IMG/VR virus record: IMGVR_UViG_3300025483_000009
Coordinates: 1-60,514 of that record
Length of the DNA stretch: 60,514 nt
Reading direction: 5' to 3' (one strand)
Origin: a virus
Lineage: Duplodnaviria > Caudoviricetes
The notes under the pieces were generated by a model. That model searched no databases, was not told the DNA's origin, and was given only the letters and a program-made list of their open reading frames with translations. A program made the translations under genes and the position numbers. This document shows positions 28,194 to 38,895 of the stretch, piece by piece. Within the stretch, counting starts at the first letter, position 1. Every line of letters starts with the position of its first letter.

Positions 28194-28628
28194 ATGACCA
28201 ACCTCATGAAGTACAATGCTGCCAACATGAATCAACTGTTGGATCGTATTAATAGGAACAGCATTGGTATGGACGAATACTTTGACCGTCTGTTTACACT
28301 ACATGAAACGACTACAAATTATCCACCATACAATCTAGTTCAAGTCAGCAATGTAGAGTCTAGACTTGAGTTGGCACTCGCAGGTTTTAAGAAGAACGAA
28401 GTCTATGTATATACCGAATCAGGTAAATTATTTGTCGAAGGACAAAAAGAGGATAAAGAATCAGGCACAGAATACATCCATAGAGGAGTGGCTCAACGAT
28501 CTTTCACCCGATCTTGGACATTGGCAGAAGATACGGAAGTTGGATCAGTTGAATTTGAGGATGGGCTCCTAAATATTACGCTCAAAAAAATCATCCCAGA
28601 GCACCACCAGCGTAAAGACTATCTTTGA
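28194..28628 (+). CDS. hsp20: Small heat shock protein
   Basis: YPPYN, LALAGF, HRGVAQRSF, DGLLNI; AGGAG RBS. Confidence 0.95.
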   Translation: MTNLMKYNAANMNQLLDRINRNSIGMDEYFDRLFTLHETTTNYPPYNLVQVSNVESRLELALAGFKKNEVYVYTESGKLFVEGQKEDKESGTEYIHRGVAQRSFTRSWTLAEDTEVGSVEFEDGLLNITLKKIIPEHHQRKDYL

Positions 28629-28629
28629 C

Positions 28630-28658
28630 TTGACACGCAGGGTGGTATACGATAAAAT
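28630..28658 (+). promoter_or_regulatory. Sigma70-type promoter for the g43 operon
   Basis: TTGACA, 17 nt, TAAAAT. Confidence 0.75.
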
Positions 28659-28681
28659 GACACTGTACAAGTTTGCAAACT

Positions 28682-29095
28682 ATGACTGACAAAATCAATA
28701 TTGAACACAACATTCGCATCGTCACTATGATGACGGGTGAAAACATTATCTGCAACTTTACGCAAGTTCGTGAAGAAGATAAGTTTGTTGCTTATCAACT
28801 TATGTTCCCTCTGATCATGAACCTTGAGGTTGATGGTGATGGATCTGAGACTGAGCAGTATCGCGTGAACTATCGTCGTTGGAATCTGTTTACTCCATAC
28901 GAAGATTTCCGTATCAACCCTGCTTCGGTTGTCACTGCTATGCCACCCAATCAGGATATCCTGGTTAACTATGTAACTAAACTGAAGGAGGCAAATGTTG
29001 ACCTTTCCTTCATCCCTAACAATGGAGAGGACATCATCAATGGAGGAAACCGTAGTACGGCTGCTGAAACTACAGGACCAGTGGCTGCTGAGTAA
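28682..29095 (+). CDS. Conserved hypothetical protein
   Basis: IRIVTMMTGENIIC N-terminus; upstream of g43. Confidence 0.7.
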   Translation: MTDKINIEHNIRIVTMMTGENIICNFTQVREEDKFVAYQLMFPLIMNLEVDGDGSETEQYRVNYRRWNLFTPYEDFRINPASVVTAMPPNQDILVNYVTKLKEANVDLSFIPNNGEDIINGGNRSTAAETTGPVAAE

Positions 29096-29303
29096 AGTTG
29101 AAGAGGTGGAGGAAGCGCAGTTTGGTGATCCAGATTGCATCCTCCGCCACCCCCGTGAGGTGGTCGATGGTGAACTGAGACCATGGCCACCATACTCAGA
29201 TGATCCTGAAATCGTTATCAGGTCCTCTGATGTAACTGTCATAGCAGGTGCCTCAAAGGCGCTGCTAGCCCGCTATTATGATGAGACTGAAGGCACTGAA
29301 TGA
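29040..29303 (+). CDS. Conserved hypothetical protein
   Basis: GGAGAGG RBS; GDPDCIL, PWP; ATGA-coupled to g43. Confidence 0.7.
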   Translation: MEETVVRLLKLQDQWLLSKVEEVEEAQFGDPDCILRHPREVVDGELRPWPPYSDDPEIVIRSSDVTVIAGASKALLARYYDETEGTE

Positions 29304-31792
29304 AGTTCTACACTAATGTTGAGCAGGCAGGCAACCGCCTGCTCGTCCGTGGTTATGAAGGTGGGCAAGCATTTTCATACAGGGTGAGTTTCAACCCCAC
29401 CCTGTATGTTCCTACAAAAAACTACTCGGAATGGCGTACTCTAGAGGGTGATTGTGTCGAACCTATCAAGCAAGGTTCTATCAATGACGCTAAGGAGTTC
29501 ATAAAAAAGTATAGAGATGTCGAAGGTTTTGAGATCTACGGCAACTCTAGATTTTTGTATCAATATATCGCAGAGGAGTATCCAGAAGATGAACTCAAAT
29601 TCGACAGCAGCAGTATCCGTGTATTTACCATCGATATTGAGACCGCTGCCGAGAATGGATTTCCAGATATCGAGACTGCCGATCAGGAGATCCTTGCCAT
29701 CAGTATCAAAGACAGCTTCACTGGTCGCATTATTGTGTTCGGGGCACGCCCATTCGATAACAAAGACCCCTTGGTGGACTACATGCATTTCAAATCAGAA
29801 GAGGGAATGCTGGGTGCGTTCCTCTCTTACTGGAATGAAAACTTCCCTGACGTAATTACTGGTTGGAATGTTCAGCTTTTTGATATTCCCTATATTGCTA
29901 GGCGCATTGATAGGATCCTTGGTGATAAGTATACTAAAATGCTTAGTCCTTGGAAGCTTATATCTTATCGGGAGATCTACATTAAAGGACGCAAGCAAAT
30001 TGCCTACGATTTACCTGGAATTGCTACTCTGGATTACCTTGAACTATACAGGAAATTTACGTACACGAACCAAGAGTCTTATCGACTGGATCACATTTGC
30101 TCCGTCGAACTCGGAGAGAAAAAATTAGACCACTCTGAGTTTGATACCTTCAAAGAGTTCTATGAGAACGACTGGCAGAAGTTCATCGAATATAACATCC
30201 ATGACGTTCGTCTGGTGGACAAACTGGATGATAAGATGAAACTGATTGAACTGGCATACACCATGGCATATGACGCCAAGGTGAATTATGAAGATGTGTT
30301 TAGTCAGGTTCGTATGTGGGATAACTATATTTACTGCGACCTTCTAAAGCGTAAGATTGCTATTCCCCCTAAGAAGGAAAGCGCAACTAAAACTGAGAAG
30401 TATGCAGGTGCTTATGTTAAAGAACCGAAGCCTGGATTCTATGATTGGGTTGTGTCTTTTGACCTCAACTCTCTGTATCCTCATCTCATTATGCAGTACA
30501 ACATCTCGCCCGAGACACTCCAAGATACCAGACACTCAACTGCAACCGTTGATAAGATACTTAATAAAGAAGTAGAGATTGATGGTGAGTTTGCTGTGTG
30601 TGCCAATGGAGCACAGTACCGCAAAGACAAGCATGGATTTTTGCCTGAGATGATGAAGCGCATGTATGACAGTCGCGTCATCTTTAAGAAAAAGATGATT
30701 GCTGCTAAGAAACAGTATGAAAAAACTCCTACTGTTGAACTCATGAAGGAGATTGCGAGATGTAACAATATTCAGATGGCAAAGAAGATCTCTTTGAACT
30801 CTGCTTATGGTGCCATCGGCAACGAACACTTCAGGTACTACCGTCTTGCCAACGCTGAGGCGATCACACTGTCTGGTCAGGTATCCATCAGATGGATTGA
30901 GAACAAGATGAATGGTTATCTAAATAAACTTTTGCAAACTGAGGGCAAAGATTATGTCATCGCTAGCGATACCGACTCAATCTATCTTAATCTTGGACCT
31001 CTTGTTACTAAATTTTTTAGTAATAAGTCTAGCGACAAAGCAGCAATTGTTGCCATACTTGACAAGATCTGTCAAGAAAAACTGGAACCATTCATCGAGT
31101 CCAGTTATCAGGAACTTGCGGATTATGTTTCGGCATATGAACAAAAGATGCAGATGAAGCGTGAGAATATTGCTGACCGTGGCATTTGGACTGCGAAGAA
31201 GCGATATATTCTCAATGTATGGGACAGCGAAGGCGTTCGATACAAAGAACCTAAGATGAAGATCATGGGTCTAGAGACCGCCAGGTCGTCCACTCCAGCG
31301 TATTTCAGGGACAAGTTGTATGCAGCATTCAAAATCATCATCGGCAAAACAAATGATGATCTCATCGCTTTTATCAATGATGTCAAATCGGATACGCGCA
31401 ACCAGAACTACGAGCTCGTCGCCTTCCCCAGAGGATGCAACGGACTTGCGAAATACTCTCACCCGACAGAGATCTACAGCAAAGGCACTCCCATCCATGT
31501 TAGAGGTGCTCTCCTCTATAACCACATGGTCAAAAAGAACAAACTGACACATAAGTATCAGACGATTCAAGAGGGAGAGAAAATCAAATTCATTTACCTT
31601 AAAACTCCCAACCCACTCAGAGAGAACTGCATTTCATTCTTTAGTAACATTCCATCGGAGTTCAACCTGGACAAATATGTGGATTATCAAACACAGTTTG
31701 AGAAATCCTTCCTCGAACCCCTGAAAAATGTGCTACAATGTATTGGTTGGACCCATGAAAAAACTATTTCCATTGGGAGTTTTTTTGAATGA
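29300..31792 (+). CDS. g43: Family B DNA polymerase
   Basis: Exonuclease DIET, SFDLNSLYP, KISLNSAYG, SDTDS; uninterrupted. Confidence 0.99.
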   Translation: MKFYTNVEQAGNRLLVRGYEGGQAFSYRVSFNPTLYVPTKNYSEWRTLEGDCVEPIKQGSINDAKEFIKKYRDVEGFEIYGNSRFLYQYIAEEYPEDELKFDSSSIRVFTIDIETAAENGFPDIETADQEILAISIKDSFTGRIIVFGARPFDNKDPLVDYMHFKSEEGMLGAFLSYWNENFPDVITGWNVQLFDIPYIARRIDRILGDKYTKMLSPWKLISYREIYIKGRKQIAYDLPGIATLDYLELYRKFTYTNQESYRLDHICSVELGEKKLDHSEFDTFKEFYENDWQKFIEYNIHDVRLVDKLDDKMKLIELAYTMAYDAKVNYEDVFSQVRMWDNYIYCDLLKRKIAIPPKKESATKTEKYAGAYVKEPKPGFYDWVVSFDLNSLYPHLIMQYNISPETLQDTRHSTATVDKILNKEVEIDGEFAVCANGAQYRKDKHGFLPEMMKRMYDSRVIFKKKMIAAKKQYEKTPTVELMKEIARCNNIQMAKKISLNSAYGAIGNEHFRYYRLANAEAITLSGQVSIRWIENKMNGYLNKLLQTEGKDYVIASDTDSIYLNLGPLVTKFFSNKSSDKAAIVAILDKICQEKLEPFIESSYQELADYVSAYEQKMQMKRENIADRGIWTAKKRYILNVWDSEGVRYKEPKMKIMGLETARSSTPAYFRDKLYAAFKIIIGKTNDDLIAFINDVKSDTRNQNYELVAFPRGCNGLAKYSHPTEIYSKGTPIHVRGALLYNHMVKKNKLTHKYQTIQEGEKIKFIYLKTPNPLRENCISFFSNIPSEFNLDKYVDYQTQFEKSFLEPLKNVLQCIGWTHEKTISIGSFFE

Positions 31793-31965
31793 GTAAAAAA
31801 GTATTTGTAGTCACATGGACCAACCACATAGTGGGTCAAGTTGGTCCAGAAGACATTAAGTGCTTTGAAGACTACAACACTGCCCGTGCGTTTGCAAAAC
31901 TCATGGCGCAGTCCTATAATTATGTAAACTTTTACGAGGATGAAGCAACACAATGGGATTCCTAG
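31789..31965 (+). CDS. Hypothetical 58-aa protein (not in the ORF track)
   Basis: ATGA-coupled to g43; [19 protein letters not shown]... Confidence 0.65.
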   Translation: MSKKVFVVTWTNHIVGQVGPEDIKCFEDYNTARAFAKLMAQSYNYVNFYEDEATQWDS

Positions 31966-32966
31966 ATAGTGTAATTAAAGAGTCTGGCAATGAATTTGCT
32001 AGTTTGGTTAGTGAAGGAGTCGCTGCTGGCGACATTACTTCTTATGTTGATACTGGGTCTTATATTTTTAATGCCCTCGTTAGTGGTAGCATTTTTGGAG
32101 GTCTTCCTTCCAATAAGGTTACGGCCCTGGCAGGAGAATCAAGCACGGGCAAGACTTTTTTTGCTCTTAGCGTCGTTCGTAATTTCCTTGACGCTAATCC
32201 TACAGGCGGAGTCATTTATTTTGAGTCTGAATCTGCTATATCCCGTGAAATGATCGTCGAGCGTGGCATTGACAGTAAGCGCATGATCATCATGCCTGTC
32301 TCCACCATCGAAGAGTTCAGGACACAGGCATCTAGGATCCTTGACAAGTACATGAAGGAACCTAAGGATGAGCGTGTGCCTATGCTGTTCGTTCTGGACT
32401 CTCTTGGTATGCTTTCCACCAACAAAGAGATGGAGGATGTCTCTAACGATAAGCAGGTTCGTGACATGACCAAGAGTCAGTTGATCAAAGGTGCCTTCCG
32501 TGTGCTAACATTGAAGCTCGGACAAGCACAGGTGCCTATGATCGTGACGAACCACACCTACGATGTGATTGGTTCCTATGTCCCTACCAAAGAGATGGGT
32601 GGCGGCACTGGTCTGAAGTATGCTGCATCGACTATCATCTATCTTGGTAAGAAGAAAGAAAAAGATGGCACACAATTGGTGGGTAACATCATCAAGTGTG
32701 AGGCAAAAAAGTCTCGTCTAACCAAGGAGGGTAGCAAAGTTGAGACTAGACTATTTTTTGACGAGCGTGGACTTGACCGCTATTACGGACTACTGGAACT
32801 GGGTGAACAGTACGGAGTCTTCCAGCGGAAAGGGAATCGCATTGTTGTTGGGGAATCTTCCGTTTATCCTTCTGTTATACTTGCTGATCCCGAAAAATAC
32901 TTCACCCCCGAAGTGATGGAACAACTCGAAGAGGCAGCAAAGAAAGAATTCTCCTATGGCAACTGA
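31953..32966 (+). CDS. uvsX: RecA-like recombinase
   Basis: [25 protein letters not shown]. Confidence 0.97.
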   Translation: MGFLDSVIKESGNEFASLVSEGVAAGDITSYVDTGSYIFNALVSGSIFGGLPSNKVTALAGESSTGKTFFALSVVRNFLDANPTGGVIYFESESAISREMIVERGIDSKRMIIMPVSTIEEFRTQASRILDKYMKEPKDERVPMLFVLDSLGMLSTNKEMEDVSNDKQVRDMTKSQLIKGAFRVLTLKLGQAQVPMIVTNHTYDVIGSYVPTKEMGGGTGLKYAASTIIYLGKKKEKDGTQLVGNIIKCEAKKSRLTKEGSKVETRLFFDERGLDRYYGLLELGEQYGVFQRKGNRIVVGESSVYPSVILADPEKYFTPEVMEQLEEAAKKEFSYGN

Positions 32967-34344
32967 GCGCATCGAACAGACCATTTTACGCAACCTTCTT
33001 TTCACTGAGGAGTATTACCGTAAGGTGGTCCCTTTTTTGAAAGCAGAATATTTCCAAGATCAACATGAAAAAATTGTCTTTGAAGAGATTGCTGACTTTG
33101 CCAGCAAATATGATAAGATTCCTACTAAAGAAGTCCTTACGATTAATCTACAAAATCGTAACGATCTCACAGAGGAAGCATTTCAAGATACAGTATCGAC
33201 CGTCAGTAACCTCACGGACGATTGGGTTGACTACGAGTGGCTCCTTGACGCAACTGAAAAGTGGTGCCAATCCAGAGCAATCTACCTCGCCCTTATGCGG
33301 TCGATCAAAATCGCAGATGGAGGCGATAAGAAAGTATCAAAGGATGCGATACCTAGCATCTTACAAGAGGCCCTGGCAGTATCGTTCGACGAACACATAG
33401 GACACGATTACATTGAACAAGCAGAAGAACGATATGATTTTTATCATAAAGTTGAAGAACGAATCCCCTTTGATCTCGAAAAGTTCAACTACATTACGAA
33501 AGGTGGTCTACCTAACAAGACTCTCAACATCGCTCTTGCTGGAACGGGTGTCGGGAAAAGTCTATTCATGTGCCATATGGCTAGTGCCGCACTCACTGAG
33601 GGGTACAACGTACTCTACATCACATGTGAGATGGCAGAGGAAAAAATTGCTGAGCGAATTGACGCGAACCTCCTCAATGTAAACATCAAAGATATATCTG
33701 AACTGCCTCAAGTTCTTTTCAATTCTAAAGTTCAGGAGATCGCTAGGAAAACTAGAGGCAAACTAATCATCAAAGAGTATCCCACAGCGTCTGCACATTC
33801 AGGACACTTTGGGGCACTCCTGAACGATCTCAAGTTGAAGAAAGATTTCAAACCTGATCTTATCTTCATAGACTATCTTAATATCTGTGCAAGCGTGAGG
33901 TACAAAGGTGCAATTGTTAACTCGTATACCTATGTTAAAGCGATTGCTGAGGAGCTTCGGGGTCTTGCTGTGGAACATAATGTACCTATTGTCAGTGCCA
34001 CTCAGACTACTCGTAGTGGTTATGGCAGTAGTGATCCAGATCTTACCGATACTTCTGAGTCTTTTGGTCTACCTGCTACTGCTGATTTTATGTTTGCCCT
34101 TATCTCTACTGAGGAGCTTGAACAACAGGGTCGCATCATGGTCAAACAACTTAAAAACAGATACAATGACATCACTACCTCACGAAAATTCATGGTGGGA
34201 ATTGACAGATCCAAAATGAAGCTGTATGATGTAGCGGACGATGCATCCGCAATCAGCATCGACACTGAAGATCCTGGTGAGGACTTCAATCAATTTGCAG
34301 AATCACAAAACCGTCTATCTAAATTTGCTGAGTGGAATGTATGA
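32956..34344 (+). CDS. g41: Replicative DnaB-like helicase
   Basis: [31 protein letters not shown]. Confidence 0.97.
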   Translation: MATERIEQTILRNLLFTEEYYRKVVPFLKAEYFQDQHEKIVFEEIADFASKYDKIPTKEVLTINLQNRNDLTEEAFQDTVSTVSNLTDDWVDYEWLLDATEKWCQSRAIYLALMRSIKIADGGDKKVSKDAIPSILQEALAVSFDEHIGHDYIEQAEERYDFYHKVEERIPFDLEKFNYITKGGLPNKTLNIALAGTGVGKSLFMCHMASAALTEGYNVLYITCEMAEEKIAERIDANLLNVNIKDISELPQVLFNSKVQEIARKTRGKLIIKEYPTASAHSGHFGALLNDLKLKKDFKPDLIFIDYLNICASVRYKGAIVNSYTYVKAIAEELRGLAVEHNVPIVSATQTTRSGYGSSDPDLTDTSESFGLPATADFMFALISTEELEQQGRIMVKQLKNRYNDITTSRKFMVGIDRSKMKLYDVADDASAISIDTEDPGEDFNQFAESQNRLSKFAEWNV

Positions 34345-34745
34345 CTATTAATTTTGACCGTTATGAAGAATTTGTTTCAGCAGTTACTTCAGACGCTTCT
34401 ACAAACTTTGTTGATTTCGCTGACCGTATTGGTGATCTGGATCGACAAGGTGCCAATATTGAGAGACTTCTTACTGCTGGTGTTGGAATTAATGCTGAGG
34501 GTGGTGAGTTCCTTGAGATCATTAAAAAAATGGTTTTCCAAGGCAAACCCTGGAACGAAGATAATCGTGAGCATCTTATCATTGAGTTGGGTGATGTCAT
34601 GTGGTATGTTGCTCAAGCATGTATGGCACTAGAAGTGTCTTTCGATGAAGTTATCGAACGCAATGTCAAGAAACTTGAGAAGCGTTATCCTGGTGGTTCC
34701 TTTGAGATCCGCCGATCTGAAGTTCGCGCAGCAGGTGACCGATGA
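34341..34745 (+). CDS. mazG: MazG nucleotide pyrophosphohydrolase
   Basis: EGGEFLEIIKK, ELGDVMWY, NVKKLEKRYP. Confidence 0.93.
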   Translation: MTINFDRYEEFVSAVTSDASTNFVDFADRIGDLDRQGANIERLLTAGVGINAEGGEFLEIIKKMVFQGKPWNEDNREHLIIELGDVMWYVAQACMALEVSFDEVIERNVKKLEKRYPGGSFEIRRSEVRAAGDR

Positions 34746-35059
34746 CTGAACAACGACTGCTCTCTGAAGTAAACTTTATCCTATTCACCAAGGACTCTTG
34801 TGGTCCTTGTGGTCTGGTAAAGCGTTACTTCAACGCTCTCAAAGATGACCGCACTAAACTCATTCAGGAAGTTCAACTGGAAGACTTCAGTGATGAACCT
34901 ATCCCTGAAGAGAACCTTGCCATTGCTAAAAAGTATGGTGTGACTGCTACTCCTGTCTTGATTGTTACTGATGGGGACGGTAACCTGCTTGAAACCTATT
35001 CCAGCGGTATGCCTATCACCCAGAATATCCGTAAGTTGTGGACTAAGTACGGTGTATAG
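34742..35059 (+). CDS. Thioredoxin/glutaredoxin-like protein
   Basis: CGPC active site and TP cis-Pro motif. Confidence 0.85.
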   Translation: MTEQRLLSEVNFILFTKDSCGPCGLVKRYFNALKDDRTKLIQEVQLEDFSDEPIPEENLAIAKKYGVTATPVLIVTDGDGNLLETYSSGMPITQNIRKLWTKYGV

Positions 35060-35255
35060 TTTCTGGATCCACCTAGTAGCATTCTTCCAAGTGGTTGTGA
35101 TGAACTGCATTCAACCTGTCAACTGGCAGTATTGTTACAGGGTGGACCAGTGGCTCTTGCCAGATCTGGTAGAAGGGTATAAGATATGGTCTGGAGAGAC
35201 CCACCCCTACCAAAATGAAAAAAACTACCTTAAAGACCTACCTCCCTCTAAATAG
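35052..35255 (+). CDS. Hypothetical protein
   Basis: Probable GTG start overlapping the thioredoxin end; hydrophobic N-terminus; CIQPVNWQYC. Confidence 0.55.
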   Translation: MYSFWIHLVAFFQVVVMNCIQPVNWQYCYRVDQWLLPDLVEGYKIWSGETHPYQNEKNYLKDLPPSK

Positions 35256-35274
35256 TTAGACGGGGGGTCTTTTT
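35232..35274 (+). promoter_or_regulatory. Hairpin/terminator with late promoter TAAATA at its apex
   Basis: AAAGACC...CCCTCTAA-ATAG-TTAGA-CGGGGGGTCTTT plus T run; TAAATA at 35249-35254. Confidence 0.65.
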
Positions 35275-35276
35275 AT

Positions 35277-37112
35277 ATGCCACAAGTAAGAGCTACCAAA
35301 CCAAAGATTGCTGGGAAGTATCCTCTGCAAATCAAATATAACTCCCAGGCACTTAATTCTTTCTATCAGACTCAAGCAGAACGAGTCTCGAATACGATTG
35401 ATATTAAGGATGTTGTTGAGAAGCATAATCTCTCTAGTAATGCAGAGACTCATGTTCAACCAGTTGATAATACAAATTCAACTGAGAAGATTAAGTCTGC
35501 ATGGGGTGTAAAGATTACAATCCACCATGCAAAGCATAGAAATTCTATCCTCAATAAAATATACAATGCTCTAGAAAGCAAAGCAGATGAGATTATTCTA
35601 GAGTATCAAAATTTCTTTGCAATGAACCTCTTAAATGTTGTAGTTAGAGGGTTCAAACTGACTAGGAATACTATCTGGTCTCAGGGATCCAATAGTATTT
35701 TCCTGGAGTGCGATGTGTTTGATGATGATGGTAATGTCACTGAGACATTTTATCCATATGCAATTTTTGCTAAGGGAAATGTCAAAGATCAGGGAGATCC
35801 GCATGAACTGATGACTGGTGCTTTGATTGCTATGGGTAGTATCATTCCAGTCGCCAACATTAATACAAAGGATTTAGTTGATAGGAATGCTGCATTAGAC
35901 AATATCACAAATCGAATTCATTCCTATCTTAGTGGTAGTTCTAAGATGGTTGGATGGAAAGAAGCAGAGAGAAAGTTGATCCCAGGTGATCATGTAAACC
36001 TTGCAAAGGCACTGTCTGTTTCTAACTATGTAAATTATTTGATGCAGAGAAACGCTGCTACTGTGGTTAAAGTCTATCAGACTGGTGCTGCATGGGATGC
36101 AGAGATTAGGCACCTTGAGGGTGGTGGTCCAGAGAAAGATCAACTGATTAAATCGTACAATTCTGCCGATCTGATAGTACATTTTGTAAAATCTAGGGTT
36201 AATTATTACTGGGGTCTTTCACTAAAGAAAAAGTCTGGAGCAAATGATGATCCAACCTTATTGAATAAACCATTGGTTGGTGAAGCTTCTAAGAGTGGTA
36301 AGCAAAAAGCAGGATATTTGTACTTAAAGGCACAAGGTAATGAGAAGCGAAACCTAATCAAGGCAGAAGATAATTTTTGGAAACAGGTATACATGGTCAA
36401 GAACGGACCAGCACCTGAGTTTCCTAGAGGTAAAAAATTTGGTGACAATGTAGAACCCACTAACTGGCCACCAGATAAACTACCAGTGAATTGGAAGCAA
36501 AGACTTGATAGTCAACTTGCAGACAATGAAAAGAATGCTGCTTTGACTGGTAGAGAGTTTAAAGGTGACAAGTATCCTACTAACTTTTTCTTTAAAGAGT
36601 TGGACATAGTGTTCAGACGAATCATGAGTGTTCCAGCAAACTTCAGAGAGTTTCTGGACCTTGCATTTAGATTTGACATTGATGATTATGTAAACAATCC
36701 ACACTTCTATTTCAGTCTTATCACTGGAACTGGTGATCTTAAGAATGGAAAGATTGTTGTGTCTAAGGTTGAGGAGAAAAGTAGTGCTTTGATGAAAGAA
36801 GTCTTTAATATTATGTTCAATAAAGGTGTCTCTAATCTTGGCAACCCATCTGCTGTTACTAGACCAGGCACCTTGGAACTGGAGACTACCAAGGGAAAGG
36901 TGCAGGCGTTCGCTTCCAATGCGACAGCTGCCAAACTGTTCTACACCATGTCCATTGACAACATGCCAGTGGTAAACTTAGAGGTGAGATACAAGGGTGC
37001 CATCACTTCATCGCCACAGTTCCAAGTCTTTATCACAACTGAGTTTAAGACTTACTACAAGCGAGCACAACAGATCCTAGAGGCAAAAGGAATCCGCACT
37101 GTCCTACAATGA
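35277..37112 (+). CDS. Large hypothetical protein, possible PD-(D/E)xK nuclease fold
   Basis: 611 aa; DPHEL helix then SADLIV...WGLSLKK, resembling a D...SLK restriction-fold core. Confidence 0.6.
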   Translation: MPQVRATKPKIAGKYPLQIKYNSQALNSFYQTQAERVSNTIDIKDVVEKHNLSSNAETHVQPVDNTNSTEKIKSAWGVKITIHHAKHRNSILNKIYNALESKADEIILEYQNFFAMNLLNVVVRGFKLTRNTIWSQGSNSIFLECDVFDDDGNVTETFYPYAIFAKGNVKDQGDPHELMTGALIAMGSIIPVANINTKDLVDRNAALDNITNRIHSYLSGSSKMVGWKEAERKLIPGDHVNLAKALSVSNYVNYLMQRNAATVVKVYQTGAAWDAEIRHLEGGGPEKDQLIKSYNSADLIVHFVKSRVNYYWGLSLKKKSGANDDPTLLNKPLVGEASKSGKQKAGYLYLKAQGNEKRNLIKAEDNFWKQVYMVKNGPAPEFPRGKKFGDNVEPTNWPPDKLPVNWKQRLDSQLADNEKNAALTGREFKGDKYPTNFFFKELDIVFRRIMSVPANFREFLDLAFRFDIDDYVNNPHFYFSLITGTGDLKNGKIVVSKVEEKSSALMKEVFNIMFNKGVSNLGNPSAVTRPGTLELETTKGKVQAFASNATAAKLFYTMSIDNMPVVNLEVRYKGAITSSPQFQVFITTEFKTYYKRAQQILEAKGIRTVLQ

Positions 37113-38332
37113 CTAAGAACCTTCACCTAGAACACATTGAAGATCTGATGCTGATCGAAGGATCGGATGGCATTAAGAGATCGTTTGACTATATTGATGA
37201 TCTAGTAAAAACTTTCTCTGGAGCTCCAAAGAATAACCGTAAGATTTCTACTAAGTGGGATGGAGCACCTGCTATCTTTTGTGGTCCAGACCCAGCAGAT
37301 GGTAAGTTCTTTGTTGCCAAGAAAGGTATCTTCAATAAGAAACCTATCCTATTCAAAAGTATCGAAGAGATTGATGCTGGTGAGAGTCGCGTTGATCTTG
37401 CTAACACATTCAAGGCAGTTTACAGGGGTATGAAACCTCTGTATGACAAAGGTAAACTGAAAGATGTTGTGCAGGGTGACTTTCTATTTCATGCTGGCAC
37501 CAGACAAACCAAGGTTGTCATGGGAGAAAACTGTGTTCTGTTCAAACCACAGTTGATTGCATATTGCATCCCTGATCATGATGATCTGTATGATGCTGCT
37601 AAGAAGTGTAAGGTTTGTGTAGTTATTCATGCTAAGTATCCTGGCAATGGTGCTAAGACTGTTGCTGATTTGTCTGTAAACTTTGGTTTTGATGCGTCAC
37701 ACCTATCTACAGATGACTGTCTGATCATCAGTCCATTTACATCTGAACTTGGATCGAGTATGTCACTCACACCTAGTGAGAAATCTAAGTTGGTGAACTG
37801 GAAGCGTGCTGCTAGAAATCTTACACCCAAGGTAGCACCGTTTGTTGACATGATTGCACCTGAGCATACTGACAACATGGGTGTTGCATATCTACTGAAG
37901 CAATACTTTAATGCTAGGGTCAGGGAAGGACAGAAAATCACCAGTGCATCTAGATTTTATCAAGACTTTTGTGCCTGGTATGAGAATAAATTTAGGACAA
38001 AGTGGGAAGCACTAAAGAATCCTACAGCGATTACTAAATGGAAGAAAAAGTATTGCATCGGAAAGGCAATGCTGGTTGATAACAGGTCTGAGTTTATCAA
38101 CATGGTAGCCCTATATAATACGATCCAGAATATCAAGGGCATATTCATACCTAAGTTTGAAGCAGGAGAGAGGTTCAAAACTTTCTACTACAATGAGGAT
38201 GGAACTTATGAAGTTGGTGATCAGGAAGGTTATGTTGTTGTTAGGGAGTCAACGAACGCAGTAAAGATTGTTCAACGACTCGGTGGATTTAGCGAGAGAA
38301 ACTTCAATGAGATGAAGCGTTGGGCTAAATGA
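37109..38332 (+). CDS. DUF6267-like protein with ligase-type KxDG motif
   Basis: NLHLEHIED, STKWDGAPAI, QGDFLF, EGYVV, VKIV resemble motifs I, III, IV and V of ATP-dependent ligases. Confidence 0.7.
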   Translation: MTKNLHLEHIEDLMLIEGSDGIKRSFDYIDDLVKTFSGAPKNNRKISTKWDGAPAIFCGPDPADGKFFVAKKGIFNKKPILFKSIEEIDAGESRVDLANTFKAVYRGMKPLYDKGKLKDVVQGDFLFHAGTRQTKVVMGENCVLFKPQLIAYCIPDHDDLYDAAKKCKVCVVIHAKYPGNGAKTVADLSVNFGFDASHLSTDDCLIISPFTSELGSSMSLTPSEKSKLVNWKRAARNLTPKVAPFVDMIAPEHTDNMGVAYLLKQYFNARVREGQKITSASRFYQDFCAWYENKFRTKWEALKNPTAITKWKKKYCIGKAMLVDNRSEFINMVALYNTIQNIKGIFIPKFEAGERFKTFYYNEDGTYEVGDQEGYVVVRESTNAVKIVQRLGGFSERNFNEMKRWAK

Positions 38333-38895
38333 ACAGGAAAATCGTACTAGCATTCGGTAGATTTAATCCACCGACAATCGGACACGAAAAACTAATCGAA
38401 GCGTGTGCTACTGCAGCAAGGCAGCATGGGTGTGACTATAAAGTTTACATGAGTATCAAAGTTGATAAAGCAAAGAACCCTTTGCCCGCTGAAGAAAAAC
38501 TCTGGTTTATGAAACAGATGTTTCCCAATCATGCTGAGCATATCTTTGCTGATACTGATGTATCGAATCCGTTTTTGTTGCTAGAAATGTTCAACAAAGA
38601 GTATGATGAAGTTGTGTTTGTTGCTGGTTCTGATAGAGTCTCGAACTATGAGTCCCAGTTCAATAAACATATGAACGGACCTACTGCAACTTTCTATTAC
38701 AGTTCACTTATAATACAATCTTCGGGTGAGAGAGACCCTGACTCTGAGGGTGCTTCTGGTATGTCTGCTAGTAAGATGCGTGCAGCAGTCAAAGAAGGTG
38801 ATATAATATCTTTTAGAAAAGGTATACCAAAAACTTTAGGACGCGCAGAGATGCTGATGCTATACAATGCTGTACATGATGGGATGGGACTATGA
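38329..38895 (+). CDS. Cytidylyltransferase-like (HIGH/NMNAT family) nucleotidyltransferase
   Basis: FGRFNPPTIGH, AGSDR, SASKMR. Confidence 0.88.
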   Translation: MNRKIVLAFGRFNPPTIGHEKLIEACATAARQHGCDYKVYMSIKVDKAKNPLPAEEKLWFMKQMFPNHAEHIFADTDVSNPFLLLEMFNKEYDEVVFVAGSDRVSNYESQFNKHMNGPTATFYYSSLIIQSSGERDPDSEGASGMSASKMRAAVKEGDIISFRKGIPKTLGRAEMLMLYNAVHDGMGL

